A DNA stretch of 64,000 nucleotides from the human T2T-CHM13v2.0 reference genome, Homo sapiens. Each line of letters starts with the position of its first letter. Within the stretch, counting starts at the first letter, position 1. The position numbers and the translations under genes are program-made. Location of the stretch: assembly GCF_009914755.1 (NCBI RefSeq), contig NC_060935.1; one strand, given 5' to 3'. Below, piece by piece: positions 40,380 through 55,059 of this stretch. The notes under the pieces are model-generated. The model searched no databases and was not told where the DNA came from. It saw only the letters and a list, made by a program, of their open reading frames with translations.

Positions 40380-42392
40380 AATATGATAAAAGATAAGTTT
40401 GTGCAATAATCACAATAATGTTTAATGGGGAAACATTGTGAACATTCTCATTAAAGCCAGAAACAAGGTCAGGATGTACAAAACTGCCACTATTATTTAA
40501 CATTGTTCCAGTGGTTTGAAAATCGGAAAGGAGAAGGTAAAAATTTTCATCATTTTAAGGTGACATGATTGCTTACTTGGAGAAGTCAAGATAATCAACT
40601 AAAAAAGTTACAAACAATAAGAACGTTTATTAAGTTGGCTGGTTATAAAATTAACATACTGAAATATATATATAAACAACAAGCAGTTAGAAGACATAGA
40701 GGAAGAAAAAGATACATTTAGAATAGCGACAGAAGCAGGAAAGATAACATAAGATCAAGCCAAGAAACACAGAAAACCTACGAGGGAAAAAAACTGAAAA
40801 CACAACTAAGCACCAATAGAACACTTGCCTATGAAGATTCAACATCAAAAATATATCAAACTCCCCTTATGTTAGTATATAGATTTTATGTAGTACTGCC
40901 TCCCAAATACCAACAAGAGTATGATTTTTAAAAAATTTTATTTGTTTTTGTTTGCTTGGATGTTTGGGGAAGAGAACTAAAAAGATGATTCTGAAATAAA
41001 TGATAACCTCTAGAAGTAAATAAGCAAGAATTACTAGAAAAATATTTTTGAAGAAAATTAACAGTTGGTAGAATCAAGACTAGTCTTACCAGATAGTAAA
41101 GCATATTATAAAGTGACAGAGCTATATTTAAAACACTACATGACATGATTGGAGGAACAAACTGATGAAACAGAAGAGACCTGAAGACACATAGTTTCAA
41201 AAGAGTAGAAGACAGAATTTTTTCATAAATAGCATTCAGACAAGTGGGTAGCCATCTGAGGGGAAGGCACAAACGTAAAGTTGGATCCCTGCCACACAAT
41301 TTATACCAAAATCAACTTAAGAATCAAAGATATACATTTTTATAAAAATAAAACCATAAAATTCTAGAAAAATGAGATCACTTTACAAATATAACGTTGG
41401 AATGAGGTAGACCTTTCTGATTCTGATCCAAAACCCAGAGCCAGGAAAAAAAAAAAAGTGTATTAGTTTGCCCACATGAAAATCGAATTTGCCTAGTTGG
41501 GGGCTGATGGATGAGGTGGTCAAAAGCATAAATAAAACCAAAAAAGAAATGACAAAATAGAAGAATATCTTTTGAAAACTGTATCACAAAGAGTTAATTT
41601 TTCTCAAAGAAGAAACAACATCTATAAATCAATGAGAGACTGGACAAAGGGTACAAACAGACCTTCACCTAAAAGGAGATTGCTCTTCAACACGAGAAGA
41701 GATGCTGGACATCTCCTGTAATAAGACAAATGTGAACATTATGACACCACTTTACACCTAACAGACGATCAAGAGTCAGTAAGTTCAATACTCCTCTGTA
41801 GGCAAAAGTATGGAGACCCAGGATTTCTTTTTGCTGGTGGGCATGTGATTTGATATGACTTCCATGGGGTTATTACTTACTAGCTGGATATTAGACCCTG
41901 GACAAGTTTCTTACCCTGAGTCTCAATAGCACTATCTCTTAGGATTGTTCTCAGAATTAGAAAGAATGAGCTATGTAAACTAGCATAGGAGAAACGGATG
42001 CTCCTCACAGTGTGGTCAAGCACCACGACCCTTGTTGACTCCAACAGAATGTTCTATCCACAGCCAAGGTTGTTCAGAGGCTCTGCTCTCTGGGAAGAGA
42101 CCTTTCTTCCTCTGCAAGCTGGAGAAGGAAACTGCTATATCTCAGAGACCCACCTATGCCTCAGAGGGACAGAAACCCAGCACCCTGACATCCAGGCAAG
42201 ACCAGGCTTAGCCCTCCCAGCAAGCCTCAGCCCAGTCTGGCCCACTGGTGGGGTGAAGAGGAGAGTGCAGGGGCTTGAACCTCATAGCTACATGCAGTGG
42301 GCACACCTGCAAACCAGGAGCAAAGCAGCCCACCTGCTGCAGGGTGAGGAGCTGACGCCCCCTCCCTGGCCCAGATGCCCAACTGCTTAGCT

Positions 42393-42430
42393 CCAGCCCC
42401 AGCCCCAGCCCCAGCCCCACCCCAGCCCCA
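42393..42430. repeat. (CCCCAG)n hexamer repeat
   Basis: ~6 units; (CTGGGG)n on the minus strand. Confidence 0.9.
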
Positions 42431-43252
42431 TGAAACAGGGGCTGGCTGAACTCACCGGTGCCCTCCCAGGTGCCCAGGTGGGGGATTGCAGGGAATCAGC
42501 CAGGGAAAGAAATTCTGGGCAACTTAATTCTAGCTAAGCTGATACAGCACAAAATCACCGAGGCCATCTTTTGACAGCATTGTTCAGATAAGAACTTTCT
42601 CTCGTCTTCTCTCCCCTCCTGGTACTCAAGCACCAAAGTGGTGAGCGAGAGCCTGTGGTAGCCAGGAGGTGGTGAACTAGAAAACAAAAAGACACCAAGC
42701 TCATCTTCCCCCCAAGGCAGACAGCTGGACCCCCCTACTTCAATATTAAACTAGAAATGAGGTGTTAGTCACAGTACAGACCAACAGAAAATATAAAGTA
42801 TCTTAAATTAACCTACTTAAACATGCAAAGAACCTTTATGAAGAAAAATTACACACTATCAAACGGTAAAACAGAAGACCCAAATTAATAGAGAAAGTTA
42901 TCCCCAAATTAATCTATACACTCAATATAATTTCAAACAAAATTCCAGCAGGACTTCTAAAATGAGTTTTTTGTTTATTACGAATGAATCTGAATATTTT
43001 TCCTGTATGTTAGTTATTTAGTTATTCCATTTCCTCCTTGGGGAGTTACCTATTCATCTGACTGCTTTTTTCTGAAGAGCATTACTGGGTTTTCTTGATT
43101 TGATGAATGCTTTATTTATTAAAGATACAGAATTCTTCATGTCATGTTTATTGAAAAAAAAAAGTCTCCAAGTTTATTGATTGCCCTTAAATCCTGCCTA
43201 TACTGTTTGGACATTTAGAAGTTTTACCTTTTTATGTAGTTAAGCCTGTCCA

Positions 43253-44625
<1,373 letters not shown>

Positions 44626-44685
44626 GCCCGTCCGTTCTCTTGTATATGATTTCTACCGTTACTTTTAAGATTAGAAATGGGCTAG

Positions 44686-45013
44686 GGTTGGGCGCAGTGG
44701 CTCACACCTGTACTTCCGGCACTTTGGGAAGCAGAGGCAGGTAGATCACCTGAGGCCAGGTGTTCAAGACCGGCCTGACCAACATGGCGAAACCCCATCT
44801 CAACTAAAAATACAAAAATTAGCTGGGCATGCTGGCACATGCCTGTAGGCCCTGCTACTCAGGAGGTTGAAGCAGGAGAACTTCTTGAACCCGGGAGGCA
44901 GAAGTTGCAGTGAGCCAAGGTCACACCACTGCACTCCAGCCTGGGTTACAGAGCGATATTCCATCTCAAAAAAAAAAAAAAAAAAAAAATTTAAAAAAGA
45001 AAAGAAAAAAAAA
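44686..45013 (+). mobile_element. AluS (Sx/Sz-like)
   Basis: Full dimer; TSD AAATGGG(C/T)TAG. Confidence 0.95.
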
Positions 45014-45811
45014 CAAATGGGTTAGATATTTATTCTATTTTTTCTATGACTTCATTTTTAGGTACATAAAATTGTGTAACTAAAATACATAGTTTGCACG
45101 TGTCATTCCTTTTAAAGTTAACTTCTTTATCCATATGAAGTGTATTCTTTTATATGTTATCTGAATGTATGTCTTCCTTCCCCTCTCCCCACCCCTAATA
45201 GCTAAGTAATTTTTCCCTGCATCTTTTATTTGTAACAAAGTGGGTAATTTTGTATTATTTTAACAGCTGGCATCAGAATTCCTCTTAGGGAAGAACTGTC
45301 ACTGTTTGGAAAGTTCTCTTGATAAATGTGGGATAAAAGGTGAAGCCCACCCACTCACCCACCCCATCTCCACCCCACCAAAAGCACCAAACTTTGGATG
45401 AAGGGGAAGAGCTCCCTGCAAGAGACCTAGGAGGAATTTATCGTTCACATGAAAGGAAGTGTGAGAGGGAATCAAAATCAAGAAGGGAAGACGGGGAACA
45501 TGAGCCAGAAAAGCAGTAGGAGGCTGGAATAAATCAACGGCAGTGAAGACATTGGGGATGTGGCACCTCATATGTACTTTAAAAGGTAATGCTTGTTGTG
45601 AAGACGAAATCTCTCTGTATTTCAGCAATATAAACCCCTCCCACCTCTGTCACACTCTTGCTCAAAACTGCTTGGGTGGGTGGATTTTTTTCAGCTGGAA
45701 TTTCTTAGAAGATTGACAAAATGGAAGAAAAAAGTCACAAAGAAGTAATTTTTTAAAGAAGAACAAGGAAGAGTGATGTTCCCTCTCAGCTAATAGTACA
45801 AACCATGGCAA

Positions 45812-46210
45812 TTGTTTCAGTCAGGACAGGCTAGATGGTGCAGAAACAAAAACCTCCAAGCACAATCATTTCAAAAAGCAAAGATTTGTTCCTTGCTCTT
45901 GTTGCACGTCCACAGTGGGTTGCCTGAAGGATCTGCTCTGCTTCTCCTCACTCCACAATCCAGGCCGACGGCACCTGCCCGACCTGGAGCATGGAGTTTG
46001 TCACAGCAGGGGAAGGGGACATGGAGAATTACACACTGGCTATAAAAGCTTCCTCCCAGAAGCGATATGTGTCACAGGCTCACATTTCATTGTCCAAATC
46101 AAGTCACATAGTTACATCTAACTCCAAGTGAACAGGAAAGTGCAAACCTACCATTTTCCTGAAAGACAGAAGAATTAAACTGTTTGTAAACCGTTCTAAT
46201 AACTACCACA
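45812..46210 (-). mobile_element. old MLT1 (I/J-like) MaLR LTR
   Basis: CAGTCAGGACAGGCTAG...GCTCACATTTCATTGTCCAAATCAAGTCACAT...CTAATAACTACCACA. Confidence 0.75.
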
Positions 46211-46229
46211 GTAATTTTTTTAAAAGAAA

Positions 46230-46309
46230 ACTACAGAATGATCACAGGAACTGTGAACTGACAAACCAATAGAACAGAAGAGAGAACCTAAGACTAAAAC
46301 ATACAGGTG

Positions 46310-46349
<40 letters not shown>

Positions 46350-47400
46350 AGATCAAGTATATGACATAGGTGAAATCACAAAGCCCTGGAGGAAAAGGCT
46401 TTGCTTAGTGTGTAGTGTTGAGAAGACTGGCTTAACATATAAATAAAATTAAAAACTTTACATCTCTCTTTCTGTTATATAAAAACCTAAACTAACCCCA
46501 GAAGATGAAGACCCTAAATGTGATATGTAAAACTCTAAAGCTAATGGAGGAAAAAGTAAAAAGAATATCTTTGTGACCTTGGTGTGGGAAGATTTCTATA
46601 ATAAGACCCCAAGAGGTACAAACCATAAGGCAAAAAAGAAATAATGCATTTGACTAGAATAAAACTGAGGATTTCTGTTCACTGAAGGGTACTATAGAGT
46701 TAACAGTACTATAGAGAGGCAGGTGACCAACTAGGAAAAATTATTGCAACAACTAAGACAAAGAATATGTGCATAGCTAGCATATGTTAGGAACTCCTTC
46801 AAATCTACAAGAAATAGACAACTGAGGAATGGCAAAAGTATGACCAGACAATTCGCATATGGTAAAATCTGAAAAAGTCCTTCCCTACAACAGGTATGTG
46901 AAGAGATATACAACCACATAGTAATCAAGTAAATGTTAAAAACCAGTGAAGTACCCCTTTAAACCCATCAGCCTGGCAACAGTTAGAAAGCCAGATCACA
47001 CTAAGTGTTGGAAAAAAATGTGGGGAAACAGGCACAGGGAGTTGGGGGCTGGGAGAGTCCACTGAAAGGGCTGTTGGCAGTTCTAAGGGAAACTGAGCAC
47101 AGCCCAGCAAGCCCTCTCCTGGGGACAAACCTCAAATAAACTTCCACGAGATTCATAAAAGAACATGCTTAAAATTGTTCATCACTGCCAGGAATTTGAG
47201 GCAACTTGGGTGTCTGTCAGAACTGAGAGGAATCGAAAGCAGTATTTAGTGGGTGCATAGGCTGAAATACTATATAGCAAGCCAGAAGCAGTGAAATAGA
47301 TGTCTGTACAGCAGCATGAATTAGTACTTAAAATAGGGTGGAGTGAAAAAGGTAAGAAACAGACCAAAATATATATACATGTATACACGTCTGTTTCTTA
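46230..47400 (+). mobile_element. L1ME-type 3' fragment with (TG)n at 46311-46347
   Basis: ACCAATAGAACAGAAGAGAGAACC; GAATATCTTTGTGACCTTGG; GAAATACTATATAGCA. Confidence 0.8.
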
Positions 47401-47639
47401 CAAGAGATGGAGATGGAGATGGAGTTGGAGTTAGGGGTGGGAGTGAAATGGAGAGAAATAATGAAACAAAATAAAACAAATAGGGACCTTCATAGAGGAA
47501 CGATGACAGTTTCCAAGTACTACCAGGAATGATTAGCTCAATTCTATGCACCTGCTGTCCAATAAGCAGAAGGAAAAAGAATACAACCCCTCAGAACCAC
47601 TGGGCCACCTGAGTCTCCATTCTACTCCTATTCCATTGG

Positions 47640-47799
47640 CTAAAACAGCTTCTCGTACTTTTGCCTACAGATTCCTGGGCCCTACTCCCAGAGATTCCAA
47701 TTCAGTGGGTCTGACATGGAGCCTGAGACTTTGCGCTCCTAGCAAGCTCCCGGCAATACTGATGCTGCTGTCCTCAGAACAATACCTTAACCAGCACAG
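47640..47799. mobile_element. MER5A
   Basis: CAGATTCCTGGGCCCTACTCCCAGAGATTCCAATTCAGTGGGTCTG...CAAGCTCCC...GATGCTGCTG. Confidence 0.8.
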
Positions 47800-48684
47800 A
47801 ACTAGACCTCAGTCACAAAATCATACCTCACTGCAAGGGAGACTGGGACACGTAGTCTGATCTGTCCCAGGAAGAAGAAAGGTTTTGACACAACTAGCCA
47901 ATGTCGGCCACACTGTCACATCCCCACTTTCCGAGAGGCTTCCATCCCTGACACTGTCTCCTTCCACATGACCGTATCCCTCTTCCCTACTAGATTATAA
48001 ACTACACAAGGACAGGAATCAGTTGTGCTCCCTCTGCCTGGCCTAATGCCTAGCATATAGTAGAGACTCAGTAAATATGTGTTGATGCCAGGCTGAACAT
48101 TTAAAGCTCTTGAGTAAGAAGGTGCTGATAAGAATCAGAGAGCCAGAAGAGGAATCTCCCCAGCAACAGGAAAGAGTGGCTCAGAAGGAGAGTAAAGGAA
48201 GCTTATGAAAAAGGAGGGTCTGGACTAGGAAGGCTGGAACGGGAAGGAAGGCTGCTGTCAGTCTCCCCACGTTGTGACATACTTAGTAAACTGAGTTACT
48301 TCCATCTACCACTCTCTCTGCCCCCGTCCCTTCCCCACGCCCGATCCTCTAGGTGGACAGAGCTCAGGAAGAGGAGGCAAGCAGTAGGACAGCAAGGGCA
48401 AGACCAACCGAGACTCCATAGACTCGCCTGGAATCGTTGGGAGATGTGATGGGGGAGGAATCATCTGAAATCAACACTCAGTCCTGGAGGTTCAGAGTGG
48501 ATAACCAGGAATGGGTGAAGAACAAGTTGGATGCAAGCAAGGCCACACATGTGGGAGGAAGGGCAGGACTATATCTGGGGATGGGGGAAGGTCAGTTGAC
48601 ATTTGTCCCAGAAGCTCATTCTGCCCCTGCAACCTTCTTCTCTCTGTGCCTGGCCCTTGGTGCTTCTGCTTAAAGAAGAGAATG

Positions 48685-49035
48685 TGCAATAGGTGGAATG
48701 TTTGTGTTTCCCCACCCCAAGTTTCATATGTCGGAATTCCCAGGGGGATGGTATTAGGAATGGGGTCCTTGGGAGGCGATGAGGTCATGAGGGCTCCATC
48801 CTTACAAATGGGATTCGTTTCCTTATAAAAGAGACCCCAGAGAGCTAGCTAGCCCCTTTCACCATCTGAAGACACAGAAAGCAGAACCAGAAAGGGGCCC
48901 TTGTCAGACACTGAATCTGTCAGCATCTTGACCTTGCACTTTCTAGCCTCCAGAATTGTGAGAAATACAATTCTGTTCTTTAGACATCATCTCGCCTATG
49001 GTGTCCTGTGATACCAGCCTGAAGGAACTCAGACA
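48685..49035 (+). mobile_element. MLT1A-like MaLR solo LTR
   Basis: GGTATTAGGA, GGTCATGAGGG, CCTTATAAAAGAGACCCCAGAGAGCT, CTAGCCTCCAGAATTGTGAGAAATA. Confidence 0.88.
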
Positions 49036-49989
49036 GCATTAAACCAGGAGCCTGTTCTCATCGGGCCTGTGACCTTGGCCAAGTTACCATATCAACTTTG
49101 ATCTTGGCCCCTATACCAATAAGGTGAAACCAAAAACCCTCTAAAACACATCTAAATGCTGAGATTCTAGGAGGTAATTTATACTTTCATGTAACTTATT
49201 TTGGTTCCTTTCCCTGATGTATTTTCCTCGTTAAGGGGTTGGGAGCCAGTAAGTTATTCTCATGGAGATAATTCATCTGTGGCAGCTCATGTGCAGGAAA
49301 GGTTACAAGGACCACAGTCCTCCCTCAATGATGTGGTCCGCTGGCCTGGGGAGGGTAGCTGTCTCCAGTCTATCCCAATCATACCTCCCTTTCCACAGTT
49401 CCCTGACAAGGGCTGTGACTCTCTCATGAAAGCCAAATTCTGCAAGAAAGCCAAATTCTCCCTGACACCGCAGCCTGGGCACAGAGGAGAGGACACAACT
49501 GAAACATGGCTCAATTTTCCAATTGCCACTGGGATTCAGGCCATAGAGAAAAGCCGTGCTTTATCATGCAGACCCTGGGGCCCGAGCGCCTGGACCTGGG
49601 GTGGAGGTGGGTCTGTGGTCTGTTCATCCTTCCATTCCCTCAGGGCTGCCGGCAACCAGGGCCCCCAGACTGAGGGATGGCGGAGCCCCCACTCCCGGGA
49701 GCCCCTATTCCCAACCCCAGACTGACCTCTCCCGGCCAGACCCCGCAAAGCAGTTTGGAAAGAGAAAGGGTGAGGCTGGCATCATTCTGTGCTCATTGTT
49801 TTTCTATCGCCTTCCTTTCAAAGAGAGGGAAGAAAGGGGACAAAGAGAAAATCAGAAGGAGTTCATTGGTCCTCCCACCCTCCAGCCTCCTGCCTCTCCC
49901 CCAGACTTCAGCTGCTGGCCTAAAATCACAAAGCCTTTTCGCTCAAAACCCAGAGAGAGAGGGGAAAAAAAAGAGGAAAGCAAAGGGAA

Positions 49990-50245
49990 GGGAAGGAGCA
50001 GCAGCGAATTTCAAAAGGAGGGCTAATTTGTGCAGGGCTGGACAGCTGCATTTGCATAATGAAATGTGCAGAGGATGTTTGGCTCATGTATTTTTTAGAA
50101 GGTTTAACTTTAATTTTATTTAGCCTGAGAAGGGCATGTCACTCAAACTCCGCTGGTCATTTATAAAAATATTTCAATTGTGTTTCCAAGGAGCTGTCTT
50201 TCTGGCCTAAGTGGCTGGTGTCGGAGGTTGTGAATGCTAATGCAG
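49990..50245. promoter_or_regulatory. candidate POU-bound enhancer
   Basis: CAGCTG directly followed by ATTTGCATAAT (octamer 50050-50057); ATGCTAAT at 50234; repeat-free. Confidence 0.45.
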
Positions 50246-51539
50246 AGGTCGGGAGATCGGGAGATCGATGATGGGGAGGGAGAGAATGAGAGAGGAAAAT
50301 GGGAGGGGTAGGGACACCAAGAAAGAGATGCCAACACAGAAGAAAGGATAAGGTGAGAGACAGATAAATGTGAAAGAGACAGGATTGTGGAGTGGGACAA
50401 AGGCCCCTGGCCTTCAAAAGAGGCAGGCCAGGTAAACATCCACCTCAGGAGAAAGGATGGGTGTTCCTAGTGGACCACACCTATCTCACACAGGTGGGCC
50501 CAGTTCTCGCAGCCCACAGGGTTTGGACCTTTTTTTTTTTTCCAAGACAAATATTCTATGACCAAACTGTCTTCCTTCCACCACGGGGCCGTGCGCGAGA
50601 AGCATTCTCTCCTATCTGTAACTCTGAATGCAGTGAAGGAGCTTAATTGTGGGCTGTTTGCGTTAGAGATCGGGAAGGGCGGGCTGAGCTTCCCTTTGCT
50701 GTGTACACTTCTTTCCTCCTGCCATTAAAGCAACAATTACCCTTCAACTCCCCTCCCTCATTTCCACCACAAACACTCCAGCCCCCTAAAGAAAACGTTC
50801 TTCAACTTTTAAGTCACGTTACAACATTGGCACACAGCAGAGAAGGCAGGGTAAGGAGGAATGGGAAGGGGCGGGAGCAGGATCTCCTCACCTCCCCGGC
50901 CTCCGCCGGCCTTGAAGTGCTTCAGAAAGACCCTAGACTCTCAGAGCCAAGCCAAGTCTCTGATGGACAGATTAGAAACTGAGGCCAGAGGAGGGAAGAA
51001 ATTCCATGCCCCTGGTGGCCAGGACCTCCCAGGGTCCTGCTCTCCTGGCCAGAGCTCACAGATTCTCCTCCTCTCACTTATTCATCACCGAAAGCCTAGG
51101 CTCCCTCGGGTCCTTCTCTTGGTCCCCAAGGTCAGAAAAGAGATGAGCATCTGCTCCAGAAAATTCCACCACAGCAAAACTATTCAGATCTTGTAGGGTT
51201 CTCCCTGACGAGCTGTCCAATCTGAATTTTCAGCCCTGATTTCCATCTGTGGACACAGCCTGGGGCTCAGGCATTCTGCATCTGGGGACACCTCCGAAGG
51301 TCCCAGTCTTGGAGATCACAGTGCCGGATCCCAGCTATGGTGCTGAGGGCCACGCTAGGATGCCCCACAGGAAGTACCCCAATCCCCACTACAAAAATAA
51401 AAATAAAAATTACACACACAGCCAGGATAGCCTAGGGCTGATAGCCCAACTCCCAGATTTCATGGACTTGGCCTTGGGTGGGGATTGTGGGAGGACGGTT
51501 CATACACATGAGATGCAGCCTGCGAACGCAGGGGATTTG

Positions 51540-51680
51540 GAGCTGGGCCACTCTGGGTTCAAATTCGCTTGAGCTAATCACTGGAGAAAGTCACCTAACT
51601 TCTCCGACGCTCAGTTTCTTCCTCTGTAAAAAGCAGGAGAAGACCATCTACCTGTCACACTGTTGTGGGGTTTCAACATC
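51540..51680 (+). mobile_element. MIR
   Basis: CTGGGTTCAAATTC...AAGTCACCTAACTTCTC...CTCAGTTTCTTCCTCTGTAAAA. Confidence 0.8.
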
Positions 51681-52939
51681 ATGCACTCTAATCGGCTAGG
51701 AACCTGATGGCAAGAGGGTTTGAACTGCTGTCTGTTGGGTACATGGATGGAGAGACCACACGGGAAAAGCCCCCAGTCCCGGGCACCTGAGGAGACAGGA
51801 ACAGAGAAGGAGAGCAGAGCCAGAAGAATGCCTCCCCGACAAATAGCTACTGGTTTCTTATTATTTGGGTTGGCCCTTATTACTAAAAGTGCTTTGAGGA
51901 AGACTCTAGAATCAGAGACTGCTGGGAACCAATGGGGTAGCAACAATCTACTGCAAAACTCTCATTTGGAAGATAAGAAGACTAACACCCAGAGAAGGTG
52001 TGAATAGCCTCAGGTCATACAGCTGGTCTACACAGAACCAAGTCTTGAACACGCTCTCCAGGTTCCTGCCTTCCTCCCTCTCCCTTGAGCTAACAACACT
52101 GACAGCTTCTGGTGGGTAAAAGAGCCCACCACAACCTGTACCCTATCCAAGTCTCAGGAAAGGGCCTGAGTGGCTTGCAGCCCACCAGTTCCCAATGCAC
52201 AGACAGAGGGGGCAGCTGAGACCAAACTGGGATGGGAGAAGAGCTAGGGGAGGGGCTGGCGCTGGCCACCGCAGCCCCATGGGAGGCGCCTGCATATGGC
52301 CAGCCAGGCTTGGCAGCCCGTGCGCGCTAATCCTGCTGTCAGCCAAGCTGGGCGCTGGATTAGGAAATGTCACGTTTCAAAGGAAATTATTTCCATTTTC
52401 TCCCCAGGAAGGGAAAAGGCAGAAAGACAAGCAAACTCCAGGGTCATGCATTGGGAGACCGGCCAGCATATGGGGGCCTTGGACAGGCAACTGTCCTCCT
52501 CCTCCTCCAGCCCCTCTGCAGATACCCAGAAGTGACAGCAACCACCTCACCCAGCTCATCTCACCCAAGGACAAATGGATGTCACAGTTTATCAAGGGAG
52601 GAAGGGGCATGTCACTGGCTCATCAGCCATGACCCACCTATGGTCTCTGCTTTCCCCACCCCGGTCATAGCCACAGTTTCCCACCTGCCCAAGCCCCCTC
52701 ACTCAGCTGGCTCCTGGGCCAGGCCTCCTGGGATCAGCACATCTGCAAGAAGGGTCGCCTTTGACCTTCTGTGCGGGTGCCTGAAGCTCTGCCTGTGGCC
52801 CAGCCCTGAGACCCTGCCTCTTATCCAGGGCTCCACTCTGCAGGCAAAACAGAAAACCTCAAGACCCAGAGAGTGAAATAATTACCTTCTCCCTTCCTGG
52901 ATTCCCCTCTCTCTATGACTTTTCTGCTTGTCTTTCTCC

Positions 52940-53340
52940 CCACTGCCTCATCTGAGACAATAATAAACACTTCTCATTCTCGCTGCCACCGGAAATGGTG
53001 GGGCTTCTTAATTACAAAAGTAATGTCACAATATTAGCAATTAATTAATTCTAATCTGGCCTGGAAGAGAGGTCGAGGATACAATCACCCCCTTATGCCT
53101 CTGGAGCCAAGGACCAACCCGACAGATATTGTGATTGAAATATATTCGTATGGAGTTATTAGATACTATCTGCAATCAATCCATTACCATAACCTTAAGC
53201 TTCCACGTTCTTTCATATTAAATGAATTTTCATATCGCACTTCCCAATAAGCGCTGCCTCAAGTCAACCCTTATTTATCTAATAACGTCATGCAAATATT
53301 TTATTATATTTCAATGAAATGTGTCGAAAACTATTACCTT
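52940..53340. promoter_or_regulatory. candidate highly conserved non-coding element
   Basis: 400 bp AT-rich yet CpG-retaining; TAATTA, AATTAATTAATT, CAATCAATCC, ATGCAAAT (53290-53297). Confidence 0.5.
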
Positions 53341-53608
53341 GCTCTGGCTTTGGGGTGGGGAGGAAACGGTGCCGGGTGGGAGGTGGGGAGACTTCCCTCT
53401 GTGCCTGCTCTGTCAGAGGCAGCCCTCGTCCCCCAACACCCACGTTCCTCTGCCCGCACTCCAGACCCCAGAGCTTTCAGGGAAGGAAGTCTGCAAGAAG
53501 ATGTTTTCCAGCCTTCTGTAGCCCCAGAACAAACTAAAGGCTTGCAGGCAAATCCAAGCCTGCAATGACAGAAGCCTCCCTAGCCCCAATAGCCCTCGTC
53601 CCTAGGAT

Positions 53609-53787
53609 CAGGTCTGGCTTCATGGGTGTCTAACCTGGATAGTCACTCTGGGCACACACTCAGAGAGTGCTGCATTTTGTTTAATGGTCCACTATCACTG
53701 TACTGAAGTTCTTAACACTTCCTGAACAAGGGGCCCCGCATTTTCATTTTGCACTAGAGGAACGCACAGATTATGCAGCTGTTCCTG
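53609..53787 (+). mobile_element. MER45A-like hAT-Tip100 MITE
   Basis: CAGGTCTGGCTTCATGGG...GAACAAGGGGCCCCGCATTTTCATTTTGCAC...ATTATGCAGCTGTTCCTG. Confidence 0.85.
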
Positions 53788-55059
53788 TCCAGGGTATTAT
53801 ACACTTCAATTCCACATGCACCTGTATGACATGGTGCACACCCCGGGCTGTTCACTCACAAGCTAACACCCACACATCTTTGTGATCAGAAGAGGCCCTT
53901 TCTGGTCGGGCCCTTTCTGCCTGTCCAGCTTCACTTCCTGACACAAACTCACCCAGAGAGTTCGCCGTCTTGCTGTGAGGACCCAGATGCCTGTGCCCTA
54001 AGGCTGTGCAGCAACAGGTTTATCCCGGGTCGTGAACCCCAGAGTCTGAATGACAACCCTGCCATCGCAGGTAACACAGTCACAAGGCCATCCCAAGCAT
54101 GGGGACAGTCGGACCTGGTAACGGCACTGGAGTATCTGGCTCCAGCCCCTGTCCGTGTCTTCCAGAATCCAGCTTCTGCCCCACCGCAATCTCTTGCTGC
54201 CTCCACTGTGGCTGGCAGAGTTGGAGGTGAACCTGTCCCCACTGTTTACAACCTTTTTAACCTTACCAATCTTGAAAGGATCTCAGTGACCAAAGCTCCG
54301 AAATGACCATTTGGTTCTTCTAGCTTTAACGGTCACATCAGCCAAGAAATGTATTTTCCAAGGATTGGAGAGTCCTCAAAGCAAGCTTGTATCCCCATCT
54401 ACCTCCATTCTCTGGTCTGCAGTCTTGCCATCTTCAAATTAGGAAAATAATGTCTTCCATGAAAATCTCTCTGAGTTTTGTAGTAATCAGATTAAATAGT
54501 GTAGGTTTACAAAGGGCTTTTTGCAGAGTTATTAAGTTTTGATTTTCTAGTTCCCAAGCAAGTGTGTCTAGCGAAAAATAGATCCTCAATGATCTGCTTT
54601 CTATGCTTTTCCCCAGGTTTGAGGCACCCTGGTTAAGCCTTCTTAGGCTTCACCTCCCAGCCCCAAAATAATCCTCTGTTGTCCTCATTACTTTATCAAA
54701 ACTTGTATTCCTTGAGTCAGAAAGAAAAAGCAGGCTCTCGCAAACTCATCCACAGTAAGGTGGAACTGACTCATAATGGGGAGGAATAAACAGTTCCGAT
54801 TAAGGAGTTGCTGGTCCATTCTGCCCTCGCTGCCTGGTGAGGACCAGATCTCCCCCTCTCCCCACTACTTCAGGATTGGAACACAGGAGCTGGATTTGGC
54901 TCCCCAAGCCAGCCAAGAATGTGAGTGTCCTTTCACTTCACTTCAGGGATTCCCTGCCAAACCAGCTTGCAGCAAGAGTTTCCCAAAATTAAGCTGCTTC
55001 TCTTTAGTCTCCCTTCTGCTTGAGCTTCTTGTGTGCCTTTCCTCTCACTCTCAGCTTAC

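Noticed and set aside
49428-49459. 14-bp direct repeat GAAAGCCAAATTCT x2 (similarly GTACTATAGAG x2 at ~46690)
   Set aside because: Ordinary micro-duplications; only two units, not an array
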